From NCBI GenBank assembly GCA_964431315.1, contig CAYSJH010000006.1:3204-67203 (forward strand): a DNA stretch of 64,000 nt, written 5' to 3'. This stretch comes from an uncultured Bacteroides sp. (GTDB lineage: Bacteria > Bacteroidota > Bacteroidia > Bacteroidales > SM23-62). This document shows positions 19,416 to 29,924 of this stretch, one piece after another. The position numbers and the translations under genes are program-made. Under the pieces are notes generated by a model. That model made no database searches. It worked only from the letters and a program-made list of their open reading frames with translations, and had not been told where the DNA came from. Each line of letters begins with the position of its first letter. Within the stretch, counting starts at the first letter, position 1.

Positions 19416-20002
19416 TAATCCGCTTTTTCCACCCGCAGTCCCACATCAAAAATAAACGGAAGTTTATCCGTCCGCATGGCCTGCTGGTAATCGAAGCTGT
19501 AGGTCCCCCGCTGTGCAAACCGGACATTCTCCTTGTACAGCTGCTGAAGATCCCAGATGTCGCCCAGGCCGCTACCTTTCCACTTGCCCTTTTCGTCGGC
19601 GAGGATGATCTGTACCGTGTCCCTGATGGAATGCCCCGACGGAGCGGTTGTGGTGATGAACAGGTAGAGGTTGCTCATGGGATACAGGCTGGCATTTCGG
19701 ACGTTGACGTACAGGTTATGGGGACTGATGGTATCCTCCACCGGTACTTCAAAGTGTACGATATGGTCGCTGTACCAGATCCCGTCAGGGATCCTGATGT
19801 TCTTTTCGTAAACCCTTGACGGATCACAGGATGTCAGGACGGTGATGCCGACCAGGAGCAGGATGAACAGGGCTGAGCCCGGGAGGGTGTGAATGCGGGT
19901 CCACGGGAAGGAATTTATGGGGGCCCCCGGGAGGGGATGTACGGGAGACTCCGGGAGGGGATGTACGGGAGACTCCGGATGATTCATTAACGGATGTCTC
20001 AT
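19415..20002 (-). CDS. gldH: Gliding motility lipoprotein GldH, with an atypical Pro/His-rich N-terminal extension
   Basis: Lipobox VLTSCD followed by GldH-like VYEKNIRIPDGIW...YPMSNLYLFI...GKWKGSGLGDIWD. The ATG at 20002 overlaps the upstream PSP1 stop (ATGA). There is no ATG, GTG or TTG between codon 6 and the hydrophobic core. Confidence 0.8.
   Translation of the reverse strand: MRHPLMNHPESPVHPLPESPVHPLPGAPINSFPWTRIHTLPGSALFILLLVGITVLTSCDPSRVYEKNIRIPDGIWYSDHIVHFEVPVEDTISPHNLYVNVRNASLYPMSNLYLFITTTAPSGHSIRDTVQIILADEKGKWKGSGLGDIWDLQQLYKENVRFAQRGTYSFDYQQAMRTDKLPFIFDVGLRVEKAD
19927..19974 (-). repeat. Perfect 24-nt tandem duplication inside the gldH 5' region
   Basis: CCGGGAGGGGATGTACGGGAGACT occurs at 19927-19950 and again at 19951-19974, encoding ESPVHPLP twice. 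A diverged third copy starts near 19879. Confidence 0.95.
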
Positions 20003-21129
20003 GGTCTTTCGGGATTCCTTTTTTGCTTTTTCCTTTTCTTTTTGCCTTTCGGCTGTCTTGAATCAAACCTGTGGAGGTCGTCCTTAACAATGTCGTTCTG
20101 GAAATCGAGTTTATGGGTTCTGCCGAAGTCTCCATCCTGTAAAGCCTTTACCTTCTTCCCTTCCCCGTTGAGACGGATGATCTCCCTGACCCGTTCGACC
20201 GGGACCGGGATCATGTTGGAGGCATTGTCCTTTTGAAATCCATACCAGTAAAGTCCCCTGTAAATATCGGTCTTCTGGTGGTAGGCAGGCCCGTCCTCCG
20301 TTTCCAGGACGGTGCTCCGGTCCGGGAAATCCTTCTGGGCATCCAGGTAGGAGTTCAGCTCATAATTCAGGCAGCATTTGAGTTTCCCGCACTGGCCGGC
20401 AAGTTTCTGTGGATTCAGCGATACTTCCTGGTAACGGGCGGCATTGGTGGTCACCGAAACAAAATTGGTCATCCAGCTTGCACAGCACAATTCCCTGCCG
20501 CAGGAACCGATTCCACCGATCCTTCCGGCTTCCTGCCTGGCCCCGATCTGCCTCATTTCGATGCGTACCTTGAAAGCATCGGCCAGGACCTTGATCAGTT
20601 CCCTGAAATCGACCCGTTCATCGGCTATGTAATAAAAAATGGCCTTGGTCCGGTCACCCTGGTATTCGACGTCCCCTATTTTCATGTCCAGTTTCAGGTC
20701 CTCGGCGATCTTCCTGGAACGCATCATGGTATCGTGTTCAAGGTCGATCGACTCCTGCCATTTTTCTATGTCAGCCGGTTTGGCTTTCCTGTAGGCCTTT
20801 TTGAGATCCTCCGAATCCGGATCGATCCCGTATTTGTAAAGTTGCCGGAGAACCAGTTCCCCGGTCAGTGAAACCACGCCGATATCATGTCCCGGGGATG
20901 CTTCCACGGCGACGATATCCCCGGCATTAAACCGGATTTCATGCACATTCCTGTAAAATCCCTTGCGGGTATTCTTGAAACGGACTTCGATGATGCCGGA
21001 AAACTGCTGTTCCCTGGGTATGTCTTCCAGCCAGTCGTGGATGGCGAGCTTGCTGCATCCGCAATTGACCCGGTAGGGCATATCAGGCAGGTCCCCCCTG
21101 TTGTCACATATGTGTCCGCTGTCCCTCAT
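19999..21129 (-). CDS. PSP1 domain protein (RicT/YaaT-like)
   Basis: 376 aa with a PSP1 C-terminal-domain-like core. N-terminal Cys motif NCGCSKLAIHDWL. Basic C-terminal tail KGKKKRKKQKR. The start may be Met17 (21081). Conserved holB-PSP1-gldH order. Confidence 0.8.
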   Translation of the reverse strand: MRDSGHICDNRGDLPDMPYRVNCGCSKLAIHDWLEDIPREQQFSGIIEVRFKNTRKGFYRNVHEIRFNAGDIVAVEASPGHDIGVVSLTGELVLRQLYKYGIDPDSEDLKKAYRKAKPADIEKWQESIDLEHDTMMRSRKIAEDLKLDMKIGDVEYQGDRTKAIFYYIADERVDFRELIKVLADAFKVRIEMRQIGARQEAGRIGGIGSCGRELCCASWMTNFVSVTTNAARYQEVSLNPQKLAGQCGKLKCCLNYELNSYLDAQKDFPDRSTVLETEDGPAYHQKTDIYRGLYWYGFQKDNASNMIPVPVERVREIIRLNGEGKKVKALQDGDFGRTHKLDFQNDIVKDDLHRFDSRQPKGKKKRKKQKRNPERP

Positions 21130-21165
21130 GAAGGCAAAAATAAGAATTTTCCGCCGACCCTGATC

Positions 21166-22290
21166 TTACCGGATCAGCTTTACCAGGGAAAGGGCAAAAT
21201 CGAGCAGGACGATCCGGGCATACGCATTGGCTTCAATGTGCGTGCAGGCATCTTCAAGCTCTTTGACTATGGCCGGGGCATTGCCATCGTGAATGAAGGC
21301 TGAGAACCTGCCTGAGAAATCGGATTCAGGGGGACTCATACGTACCAGTCCCCGCTGCTGCATATTCAGCAGGTAATTCTCCCTGACCATCCGGAGGGCA
21401 TAGATCAGGAAAGCTTTCTGCCTTTCCCTTCCCAGGGTTGAAATTTCTTCCACCCAGTCAAATATTTCCTGGAATTTCCTGCTGTAAGAAAGGCGCATGA
21501 TGCGAATGAAAAGTTCCAGCTGGTATTCCGATTCCTCGCTCCCGGTCAGGATTTCAACGGCCGTGTTGTAGTCCCCCCCAGCCAGGAGCACCGCATTTTT
21601 TAACCCGGCCTCATCGCCGGTGAAGGTCTTCTGCAGGGCCGCCAGCAGGTCTGCGTCTGCCAGGCGCGGTACCCGGATCAGCTGTGCCCTTGACAGGACC
21701 GTGGGTAAAAGCTGTTCGGGATGCTCCGAGATAAGCAGGAAGACCGTAAGGGGAGGCGGTTCCTCGATCATCTTGAGCAGCTTATTTGAGGCCTGTGCAT
21801 TCATTTTCTCCGGCATCCAGACGACCATGACCTTATGGCTTGATTCAAAAGCTTTCAGGTTGAGCTTCCGCTGGATTGCTTCGCTCTCAAACTTATTAAT
21901 GATGCCCTGTTTGTTCTCCGGTCCCATGCAAGCATACCACTGCTGAAGCGTCATTAAGGGGTTTTCGAGCAGGGCTTTCCGCCATTCCCCGATGAATTCA
22001 TCGCTGATCGGGTCTTTGATCACCGTTCTGGTGGTGAAAACCGGAAAGGCAAAATGAAGATCCGGGTGCACCAGTTTATCGTATTTTATGCAGGAGGGAC
22101 ATTTGCCGCAGGAATCCCCTGCCTGGCGTTCCGTGCAGGAAAGGTAGGTGGCATAGGCCAGGGCAAGGGGCAGGGTCCCCGCACCCGGAGTCCCGTGGAA
22201 CAATTGTGCATGGGGAATCCGTCCTTCTTTGACGGACTGGACCAGCCGCTGCTTTAAATCATTATGTCCGGCAACCGATGAGAAGCGCAA
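21166..22290 (-). CDS. holB: DNA polymerase III subunit delta'
   Basis: 374 aa. RIPHAQLFHGTPGAGTLPLALAYATYLSC plus Zn module CGKCPSC. TTG is the only start codon that preserves the conserved N-terminus. Confidence 0.85.
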   Translation of the reverse strand: MRFSSVAGHNDLKQRLVQSVKEGRIPHAQLFHGTPGAGTLPLALAYATYLSCTERQAGDSCGKCPSCIKYDKLVHPDLHFAFPVFTTRTVIKDPISDEFIGEWRKALLENPLMTLQQWYACMGPENKQGIINKFESEAIQRKLNLKAFESSHKVMVVWMPEKMNAQASNKLLKMIEEPPPLTVFLLISEHPEQLLPTVLSRAQLIRVPRLADADLLAALQKTFTGDEAGLKNAVLLAGGDYNTAVEILTGSEESEYQLELFIRIMRLSYSRKFQEIFDWVEEISTLGRERQKAFLIYALRMVRENYLLNMQQRGLVRMSPPESDFSGRFSAFIHDGNAPAIVKELEDACTHIEANAYARIVLLDFALSLVKLIR

Positions 22291-22338
22291 AATTCTAGAT
22301 TAGGTAAGCAGATTAAGGGTAAAATTAAAATACTTTTT

Positions 22339-22346
22339 TAACTTTG
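22339..22346 (+). promoter_or_regulatory. -7 box-like motif TAACTTTG upstream of pgk
   Basis: Exact TAnnTTTG match 33 nt upstream of the pgk ATG in the holB/pgk divergent spacer. Confidence 0.4.
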
Positions 22347-22378
22347 GCGAACCAAAAAACCCAAACCTGTTGTAAACT

Positions 22379-23569
22379 ATGCAAACAATTGATAATTATA
22401 ATTTTAAGGGAAAGAAAGCCATCGTCAGGGTGGACTTCAACGTCCCCCTGAACGAGTCCCTCGAGGTAACCGACGATTCCCGGATCAAGGCAGCCCTTCC
22501 TACCATTAATAAGATCACCGGCAGCGGGGGATCCGCCATTCTCATGTCCCACCTCGGCCGGCCGAAGGAAGGCCCCGAGGAGAAGTTTTCGCTGAAACAT
22601 GTGGTCCCCGTACTTTCCGGTCTGCTTGGCAGGACGGTTAAATTTGCACCGGACTGCATCGGTGCGGCAACCCTGGAGATGAAAAAATCCCTTCAGCCCG
22701 GAGAAGTGCTGCTCCTGGAAAACCTGCGCTTCTACAAGGAAGAAGAAAAAGGCGACAAAGAATTTGCAGGCAGGCTGGCCGAAGGGGCGGACGTTTACGT
22801 GAACGATGCCTTCGGCACAGCTCACAGGGCCCATGCATCCACCACCATCGTGGCGGAATTTTTCCCCGGCAAAAGCATGTTCGGATACCTGATCGTAAGC
22901 GAGCTCGCATGCATGGACAGGATCCTGCATGAATCCGAGAAACCTTTTACCGCCGTCATGGGCGGGGCAAAGGTTTCGGACAAGATCCTGATTATCAAGA
23001 ACCTGATGGACCTGTGCGACAACCTGATCATTGGGGGTGGCATGACCTATACCTTCATCAGGGCAATGGGCGGGAAAACCGGGGCTTCGCTCTGCGAGGA
23101 GGACAAGCTTGAACTTGCCCGGGAGCTTATGGAAAAAGCAAAATCCGGGGGTGTAAACCTGCTGCTCCCCGTCGACAACGTGGTGGCCGACAAGTTTGAT
23201 AACGCTGCCAGCACCCATATCACGGCCGTGGACGAGGTACCGGAGGGCTGGATGGGACTGGACATCGGTCCCGATACAATCAAACTGTTCTCTGAAACCA
23301 TTGCCGGATCAAAAACCATTCTCTGGAACGGTCCCATGGGCGTGTTCGAAATGGAGAACTTCCAGGAGGGGACCCGCAGGATTGCCGAGGCCATTGCAAC
23401 GGCAACTTCAAAAGGGGCATTCAGCCTGGTAGGCGGGGGGGATTCCGTTGCCGCCGTCAACAAGTACAAGCTCCATGACCGGGTGAGCTATGTTTCGACC
23501 GGTGGGGGTGCCATGCTCGAGTACATCGAAGGCAAGGAACTGCCCGGCATCAAGGCCATCCGGGGATAA
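22379..23569 (+). CDS. pgk: Phosphoglycerate kinase
   Basis: 396 aa. [13 protein letters not shown]...SHLGRPKEG...GGGDS... Collinear with canonical Pgk. Confidence 0.95.
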   Translation: MQTIDNYNFKGKKAIVRVDFNVPLNESLEVTDDSRIKAALPTINKITGSGGSAILMSHLGRPKEGPEEKFSLKHVVPVLSGLLGRTVKFAPDCIGAATLEMKKSLQPGEVLLLENLRFYKEEEKGDKEFAGRLAEGADVYVNDAFGTAHRAHASTTIVAEFFPGKSMFGYLIVSELACMDRILHESEKPFTAVMGGAKVSDKILIIKNLMDLCDNLIIGGGMTYTFIRAMGGKTGASLCEEDKLELARELMEKAKSGGVNLLLPVDNVVADKFDNAASTHITAVDEVPEGWMGLDIGPDTIKLFSETIAGSKTILWNGPMGVFEMENFQEGTRRIAEAIATATSKGAFSLVGGGDSVAAVNKYKLHDRVSYVSTGGGAMLEYIEGKELPGIKAIRG

Positions 23570-23583
23570 GATCCACCATACAT

Positions 23584-23664
23584 ACTGAAGGCATTATCAT
23601 TTCGTCGCTGATTTTCATGCAGATAACACGAAAAATAGGCTCCTAAATTGATAATGCCTTCAGT
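23584..23664. repeat. Palindromic structured intergenic element, copy 1 (GAAGGCATT...AATGCCTTC termini)
   Basis: The 16-nt arm ACTGAAGGCATTATCA (23584-23599) is perfectly complementary to TGATAATGCCTTCAGT (23649-23664). An inner ATTTTC/GAAAAT mini-hairpin is present. Lies downstream of pgk. Confidence 0.8.
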
Positions 23665-23745
23665 TTATTCCATCCACCCTCCCAAATTAACCTGATCAGC
23701 CTCGTGGTTCCTTACATTCTCGCGGGAGTTTTATAATTTTAACCC

Positions 23746-24732
23746 ATGAAGATGCCTTCGAAAGACCGGATCTTTAAGGTTTCCGGGGAGGACGAATTCC
23801 GCTGCCTCGCCATGGATGTATTCCGTTACCAGGCCGGGGAAAATCCCCTTTATAACCGCTACATAAGGATGCTTGGGAAAGCGCCTGAGAGCGTCAGGGA
23901 ACCGGAGGAAATACCTTTCTTCCCCGTAGAATTTTTCAGGGAGCACAGGGTGATCACGGGGAAAGGGGAGCCTCAGCTCGTTTTCGAAAGCAGCGGCACG
24001 ACCTCCAGCCGGGCCAGCAGGCATTTTGTTCTCGAGGAGGAAATTTACCGCGAAAGTTACTTACGGGGTTTCAGGCTTTTTTTCGGTTCCCCCTCAGATT
24101 ATTGCATCCTTGCCCTGATGCCTTCCTATCCCGATAGAATGCATTCCTCACTTGTTTACATGGCAGGGGGACTGATACGGCTCAGCGGGCAAACCGGGGG
24201 CGGTTTTTACCTTGACAGGCCAGGGGAACTGCTGGAATGTATCCGGGAACTCGAGGATTCAGGCCGGCGCTACCTGCTGCTGGGTTTGAGCTTCGCCCTG
24301 GCCGACCTGGCGGAAAGCCATCCCATGAAACTGAAGCATGCAATGGTGATGGAAACCGGGGGAATGAAGGGCCACCGCAAGGAAATGACCAGGGAGGAAC
24401 TGCACGGTTTGCTGAAACAGGCATTTGGACTGAGCCGCGTTTATTCTGAATACGGGATGACGGAACTGCTCTCCCAGGCCTGGTCCACCGCAGACGGGAT
24501 ATTCCACTGTCCCCCCTGGATGAGGATCATGATACGCGACCCGTATGATCCCCTGTCTCCCATGTCCAGGGAAAGCTCCGGCGGCATTAACATCATCGAC
24601 CTTGCCAATATCCGCTCCTGTTCCTTCATAGCCACCCAGGATATCGGACGGCTGACCCCGGATGGGGGATTTGAGGTGCTCGGCAGGTTTGACAGCAGCG
24701 ACATTCGCGGCTGCAACCTGATGGTGGGATAA
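23746..24732 (+). CDS. LuxE/PaaK-like acyl-protein synthetase family protein (often annotated 'acyl transferase')
   Basis: 328 aa. N-terminal FRYQAGENPLYNRYIRMLGK...EIPFFPVEFFREHRV matches the Bacteroidota LuxE-like family. Adenylate-forming core SSGTTS. Confidence 0.7.
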   Translation: MKMPSKDRIFKVSGEDEFRCLAMDVFRYQAGENPLYNRYIRMLGKAPESVREPEEIPFFPVEFFREHRVITGKGEPQLVFESSGTTSSRASRHFVLEEEIYRESYLRGFRLFFGSPSDYCILALMPSYPDRMHSSLVYMAGGLIRLSGQTGGGFYLDRPGELLECIRELEDSGRRYLLLGLSFALADLAESHPMKLKHAMVMETGGMKGHRKEMTREELHGLLKQAFGLSRVYSEYGMTELLSQAWSTADGIFHCPPWMRIMIRDPYDPLSPMSRESSGGINIIDLANIRSCSFIATQDIGRLTPDGGFEVLGRFDSSDIRGCNLMVG

Positions 24733-24759
24733 AAAACAGTCGGCCGTCCAATTCTGGCT

Positions 24760-24780
24760 GCAGGTTTACAACAAACCTGC
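24760..24780. terminator. Short hairpin at the luxE-like/yjbR convergent junction
   Basis: GCAGGTTT-acaac-AAACCTGC (8-bp stem). It includes the yjbR stop codon and has no U-tract. Confidence 0.3.
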
Positions 24781-25125
24781 CTGCCGTGATTTCGGAAGGT
24801 TTTTCACAGCCAGTTCATAGGAATGGTCGATCCATTCCTTCAGTTGCCTTTCAGTAATGCTCCCGTCCATGATTACGGTATTCCAGTGTTTCTTGTTGAA
24901 GTGATACGCGGGGATGACAGCCGTATACTGTTCCCTCAAATCAATTGCCAGTGCCGGGTCACACTTCAGGCTGATTCCCCTGCTGTCCTCGGACAGGTCG
25001 AGCAGAGCAAACATCTTTCCGGTTACTTTAAACACCAGGGCGGTATCATTGAATGGAAACCCTTCGGTGACTCCGGGTTTGGCGATGCAGTATTCACGAA
25101 TTTCTTCAAAGTTCATATTTACCAT
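24766..25125 (-). CDS. MmcQ/YjbR family DNA-binding protein
   Basis: 119 aa. YCIAKPGVTEGFPFNDTALVFKVTGKMFAL...HFNKKHWNTV is typical of YjbR/CyaY-like-fold proteins. Confidence 0.8.
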   Translation of the reverse strand: MVNMNFEEIREYCIAKPGVTEGFPFNDTALVFKVTGKMFALLDLSEDSRGISLKCDPALAIDLREQYTAVIPAYHFNKKHWNTVIMDGSITERQLKEWIDHSYELAVKNLPKSRQAGLL

Positions 25126-26000
25126 TTCAGATAATCAACCTGGATGTCGATATTAATGAGGTATTCTCCATCGTCTTTTCTGATATTGGTACCTATCTCA
25201 ATTTGACCATTGACGTTAAACTCCCCAAATACAACATTGCTTAAAAATATTTTATGTGGAGTGTCCCCCTGATCCTCCATAAGCTTGTATTGATCTTTGA
25301 ATTCAACCATTTCCGGGGAATCATCCAGCACCATGCTGATCCCGTATTCATTCTTCCATTCACTGGCACTCTTTATCTTTGTCTTTTTACCATATGTTCT
25401 GATGAACTTCAGGAGAACTTCGGCCTCTAGAGTGTGGGATGCCCCCAGTTGGTCAGTGAACTGTAAACGGAGATTCCCTTTCCTGTCAACCACATCGGGT
25501 GTATAAGAATCTGTGCATTTGAATCCGATTCCTTCACTTTCTTTGAGTTTTCTGTTAAAATGAGCCATTGCTGACAGCTCCCGCCTGTATTTGCTGTCAG
25601 GAAATCGAGCAATAAACTCTGAAAGATTCTTTTCCCGTAATTCGTACTGGAATCCCCTTCTGATGAGATAGTAGTATGCCACTTCCACCTCTTTGTCCTT
25701 ACCGTTCCTTATGATCTCTTCAAGGGTTTCCTGGTTATTGATCTTTCCTATCCTTTCTTCAATTGACTCATTTGATTCATTTAAAATGACTTCCTTCCCA
25801 TTTTCGTAAACTAATTTCCAGATATCCGATTTCTCAATGCTTGAGACTTTATTGTTGGTGCGCCTTATAATTACCTTATTCTCCGTAACGGATGTGATTT
25901 TCCCTTCGTAATGGTATCCGGCTAACATATATACCTCATCCTGAGCTGATAATCTCAGCGTTGCCAAAAAGAAAATCCATATACATAACAAACTTTTCAT
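25119..26000 (-). CDS. Secreted protein of unknown function (low-GC gene)
   Basis: 293 aa. Signal peptide MKSLLCIWIFFLATLRLSAQD. No recognisable motif. Overlaps the yjbR start by 7 nt. Much lower GC than its neighbours. Confidence 0.65.
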   Translation of the reverse strand: MKSLLCIWIFFLATLRLSAQDEVYMLAGYHYEGKITSVTENKVIIRRTNNKVSSIEKSDIWKLVYENGKEVILNESNESIEERIGKINNQETLEEIIRNGKDKEVEVAYYYLIRRGFQYELREKNLSEFIARFPDSKYRRELSAMAHFNRKLKESEGIGFKCTDSYTPDVVDRKGNLRLQFTDQLGASHTLEAEVLLKFIRTYGKKTKIKSASEWKNEYGISMVLDDSPEMVEFKDQYKLMEDQGDTPHKIFLSNVVFGEFNVNGQIEIGTNIRKDDGEYLINIDIQVDYLKW

Positions 26001-26328
26001 ACTAGTAAAGCCATAATTTGCTTAATTTATTCTTCCAGCGATTAGTCGGAAAAATCTATTCTGATAAATACCCTATCAACAAATTTATATAAATCCTAGC
26101 CCATATTTAATTGTTACAGTGTTAATCTACTCTTGAATGGCAGAAGCTTATCACAACTTGTGATGATCTGCCAGAGTCTATAAAGCACACCCCGTGAAGC
26201 GTTTTACTCCTGGCTTAACCAATTGGTCTTAAGCAATAGAATATTTTAATCAATCTTCAAATATTCATACTAATTTTTGTAGTTTACTTCAAATATTAGT
26301 ATATTCGTAATACTTTTTAGGATAGTCA

Positions 26329-27456
26329 ATGCATATTTTACGTGATATACAAGATCAGATTCAAAAAAACCTTTTCAAAGGCAAGGTCATTATAATTTAT
26401 GGAGCAAGAAGGGTTGGGAAAACTACCCTGGCAAAACAAATATTGAAGGAATATCCAGAGGGCAAGTACATAAATTGTGAACTGCTGCAGTATAAAACAG
26501 CACTGGAGACCACCAATAGCGAAAAACTTAAAGATATCATATACAACCACAAGTTAGTAGTTCTGGATGAAGCCCAATCAATCCATAATATCGGACTGGT
26601 ATTAAAAATCATTACAGATACATTTCCTGAAACTCAGATCATTGCTACCGGTTCGTCCAGCTTCGATCTGGCCAGTGAAATCAGTGAACCTCTTACGGGG
26701 AGAATGAGAAAATATACGCTTTATCCGTTTTCATATAATGAAATCGTCCGGGAGTATTCATTAGCAGATCTCGAGGCTCGTTTGGATAAATTCTTGAGGT
26801 TTGGCTTGTACCCGGAGGTCTATGATAAGAACGAAGACGATTCCATCGAAGAATTAAATGAACTTGCCAGTAATTACCTGTATAAAGATGTATTGCAATA
26901 TCAAAACATCAGGAAACCCAATCTTATTATTGATTTATTGCGTGCGCTTGCTTTGCAGCTCGGTTCAGAGGTATCCATCCATGAACTGGCAAGTTTGCTG
27001 AAACAGAACTCACATACTGTCTTAAGGTATATTGAATTACTTGAAAAGAGCTTTGTCATTTTCAGGCTGCGTGCTTTTACACGAAACTTAAGAAACGAAA
27101 TTAGTAAAACCCAGAAGATCTACTTTTTTGATTTAGGTATTAGAAATAGCTTAATTCAAAATTTTAATCCAGTTTCCTTAAGAAATGATACGGGTGGTCT
27201 GTGGGAAAACTTTTGCATTCTGGAAAGGATGAAATTCCTTGAGAACAACAGGAAATTTGTCAATACTTACTTCTGGCGTACTTACAACCAACAGGAGATC
27301 GATTATATTGAGGAGTATGGAGGTATGCTGCATGCCTTTGAATTTAAATATGCAACAACTAAAAAGGTAACTGTTCCGAAAGCATTTAACAGTTTATACC
27401 CGAAGCACTCCTTCACTTTGATCACTGCCGATAATTTCTATCAATTATTCAGTTAA
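26329..27456 (+). CDS. AAA-type ATPase with C-terminal DUF4143-like domain
   Basis: 375 aa. Walker A IIYGARRVGKTTLAKQ and Walker B LVVLDEAQ. The C-terminal half (FFDLGIRN...QQEIDYIEE) matches the AAA_14 + DUF4143 architecture. Low GC. Confidence 0.8.
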   Translation: MHILRDIQDQIQKNLFKGKVIIIYGARRVGKTTLAKQILKEYPEGKYINCELLQYKTALETTNSEKLKDIIYNHKLVVLDEAQSIHNIGLVLKIITDTFPETQIIATGSSSFDLASEISEPLTGRMRKYTLYPFSYNEIVREYSLADLEARLDKFLRFGLYPEVYDKNEDDSIEELNELASNYLYKDVLQYQNIRKPNLIIDLLRALALQLGSEVSIHELASLLKQNSHTVLRYIELLEKSFVIFRLRAFTRNLRNEISKTQKIYFFDLGIRNSLIQNFNPVSLRNDTGGLWENFCILERMKFLENNRKFVNTYFWRTYNQQEIDYIEEYGGMLHAFEFKYATTKKVTVPKAFNSLYPKHSFTLITADNFYQLFS

Positions 27457-27516
27457 ATATATCTGGTAATTCACAGAACGACTTAAGTCACAAAAACAAT
27501 AAAGGAGATAACTGAA

Positions 27517-29429
<1,913 letters not shown>

Positions 29430-29472
29430 GATCCGGGCATTAAGAGACCGAATTCCTGATCCTTACCGGGCC

Positions 29473-29516
29473 TTGACCATCAATGAGGGGAGCACCTGCC
29501 CCGGTCAAACTTTTGT
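29473..29516 (+). terminator. Candidate terminator after the AKR gene
   Basis: TTGACC...GGGG-agcacctg-CCCC-GGTCAA hairpin followed by ACTTTTGTT. Nested inside an outer TTACCGG (29463-29469) / CCGGTAA (29518-29524) pair. Confidence 0.4.
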
Positions 29517-29547
29517 TCCGGTAACCCTGCCAGAGGACCTTATCGTT

Positions 29548-29910
29548 TCAGTCCCAGGGACCGAAAGCATCTTCGATGTGTTCGAGCCGGTACCGGTTAC
29601 CCTCGCCGGTCAGCAGGATCACATCGAACCGAACGCCCGCGTCCAGGTTCCGGTATGCCAGGTATGCTCCGGCAGCCCGGATAAGGAACCGCTGTTTGCT
29701 CCTGGGGATGTGTTCTTCCAGTCGCTCCGTCCCGATGAATTTCCGGACTTTGACTTCCACGATCACCAGCTTTCCGCCGGTTTCCGCTATGATATCGATT
29801 TCCCGGTGCCCGCTCCTCCAGTTTCGCTCCAGGATCTTCCATCCCTTTTCAAGCAGGAACTGCATGGCCTGTTCTTCCCCCTTTTTTCCAATCTCCAGGT
29901 GCCTTGCCAT
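29548..29910 (-). CDS. yraN: YraN family (UPF0102) endonuclease-like protein
   Basis: 120 aa. GKKGEEQAMQFLLEKGWKILERNWRSGHREIDIIA...VIVEVKVR. Confidence 0.88.
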   Translation of the reverse strand: MARHLEIGKKGEEQAMQFLLEKGWKILERNWRSGHREIDIIAETGGKLVIVEVKVRKFIGTERLEEHIPRSKQRFLIRAAGAYLAYRNLDAGVRFDVILLTGEGNRYRLEHIEDAFGPWD

Positions 29911-29924
29911 ACCTGTCTCTTCCC

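Noticed and set aside
19927-19974. Short tandem repeats (also at 33241-33303, 49995-50054 and 32930-32965) considered as a possible CRISPR or other array.
   Set aside because: There are only 2-3 directly abutting copies with no spacers. Three of the four are in-frame inside genes. No cas genes are present.
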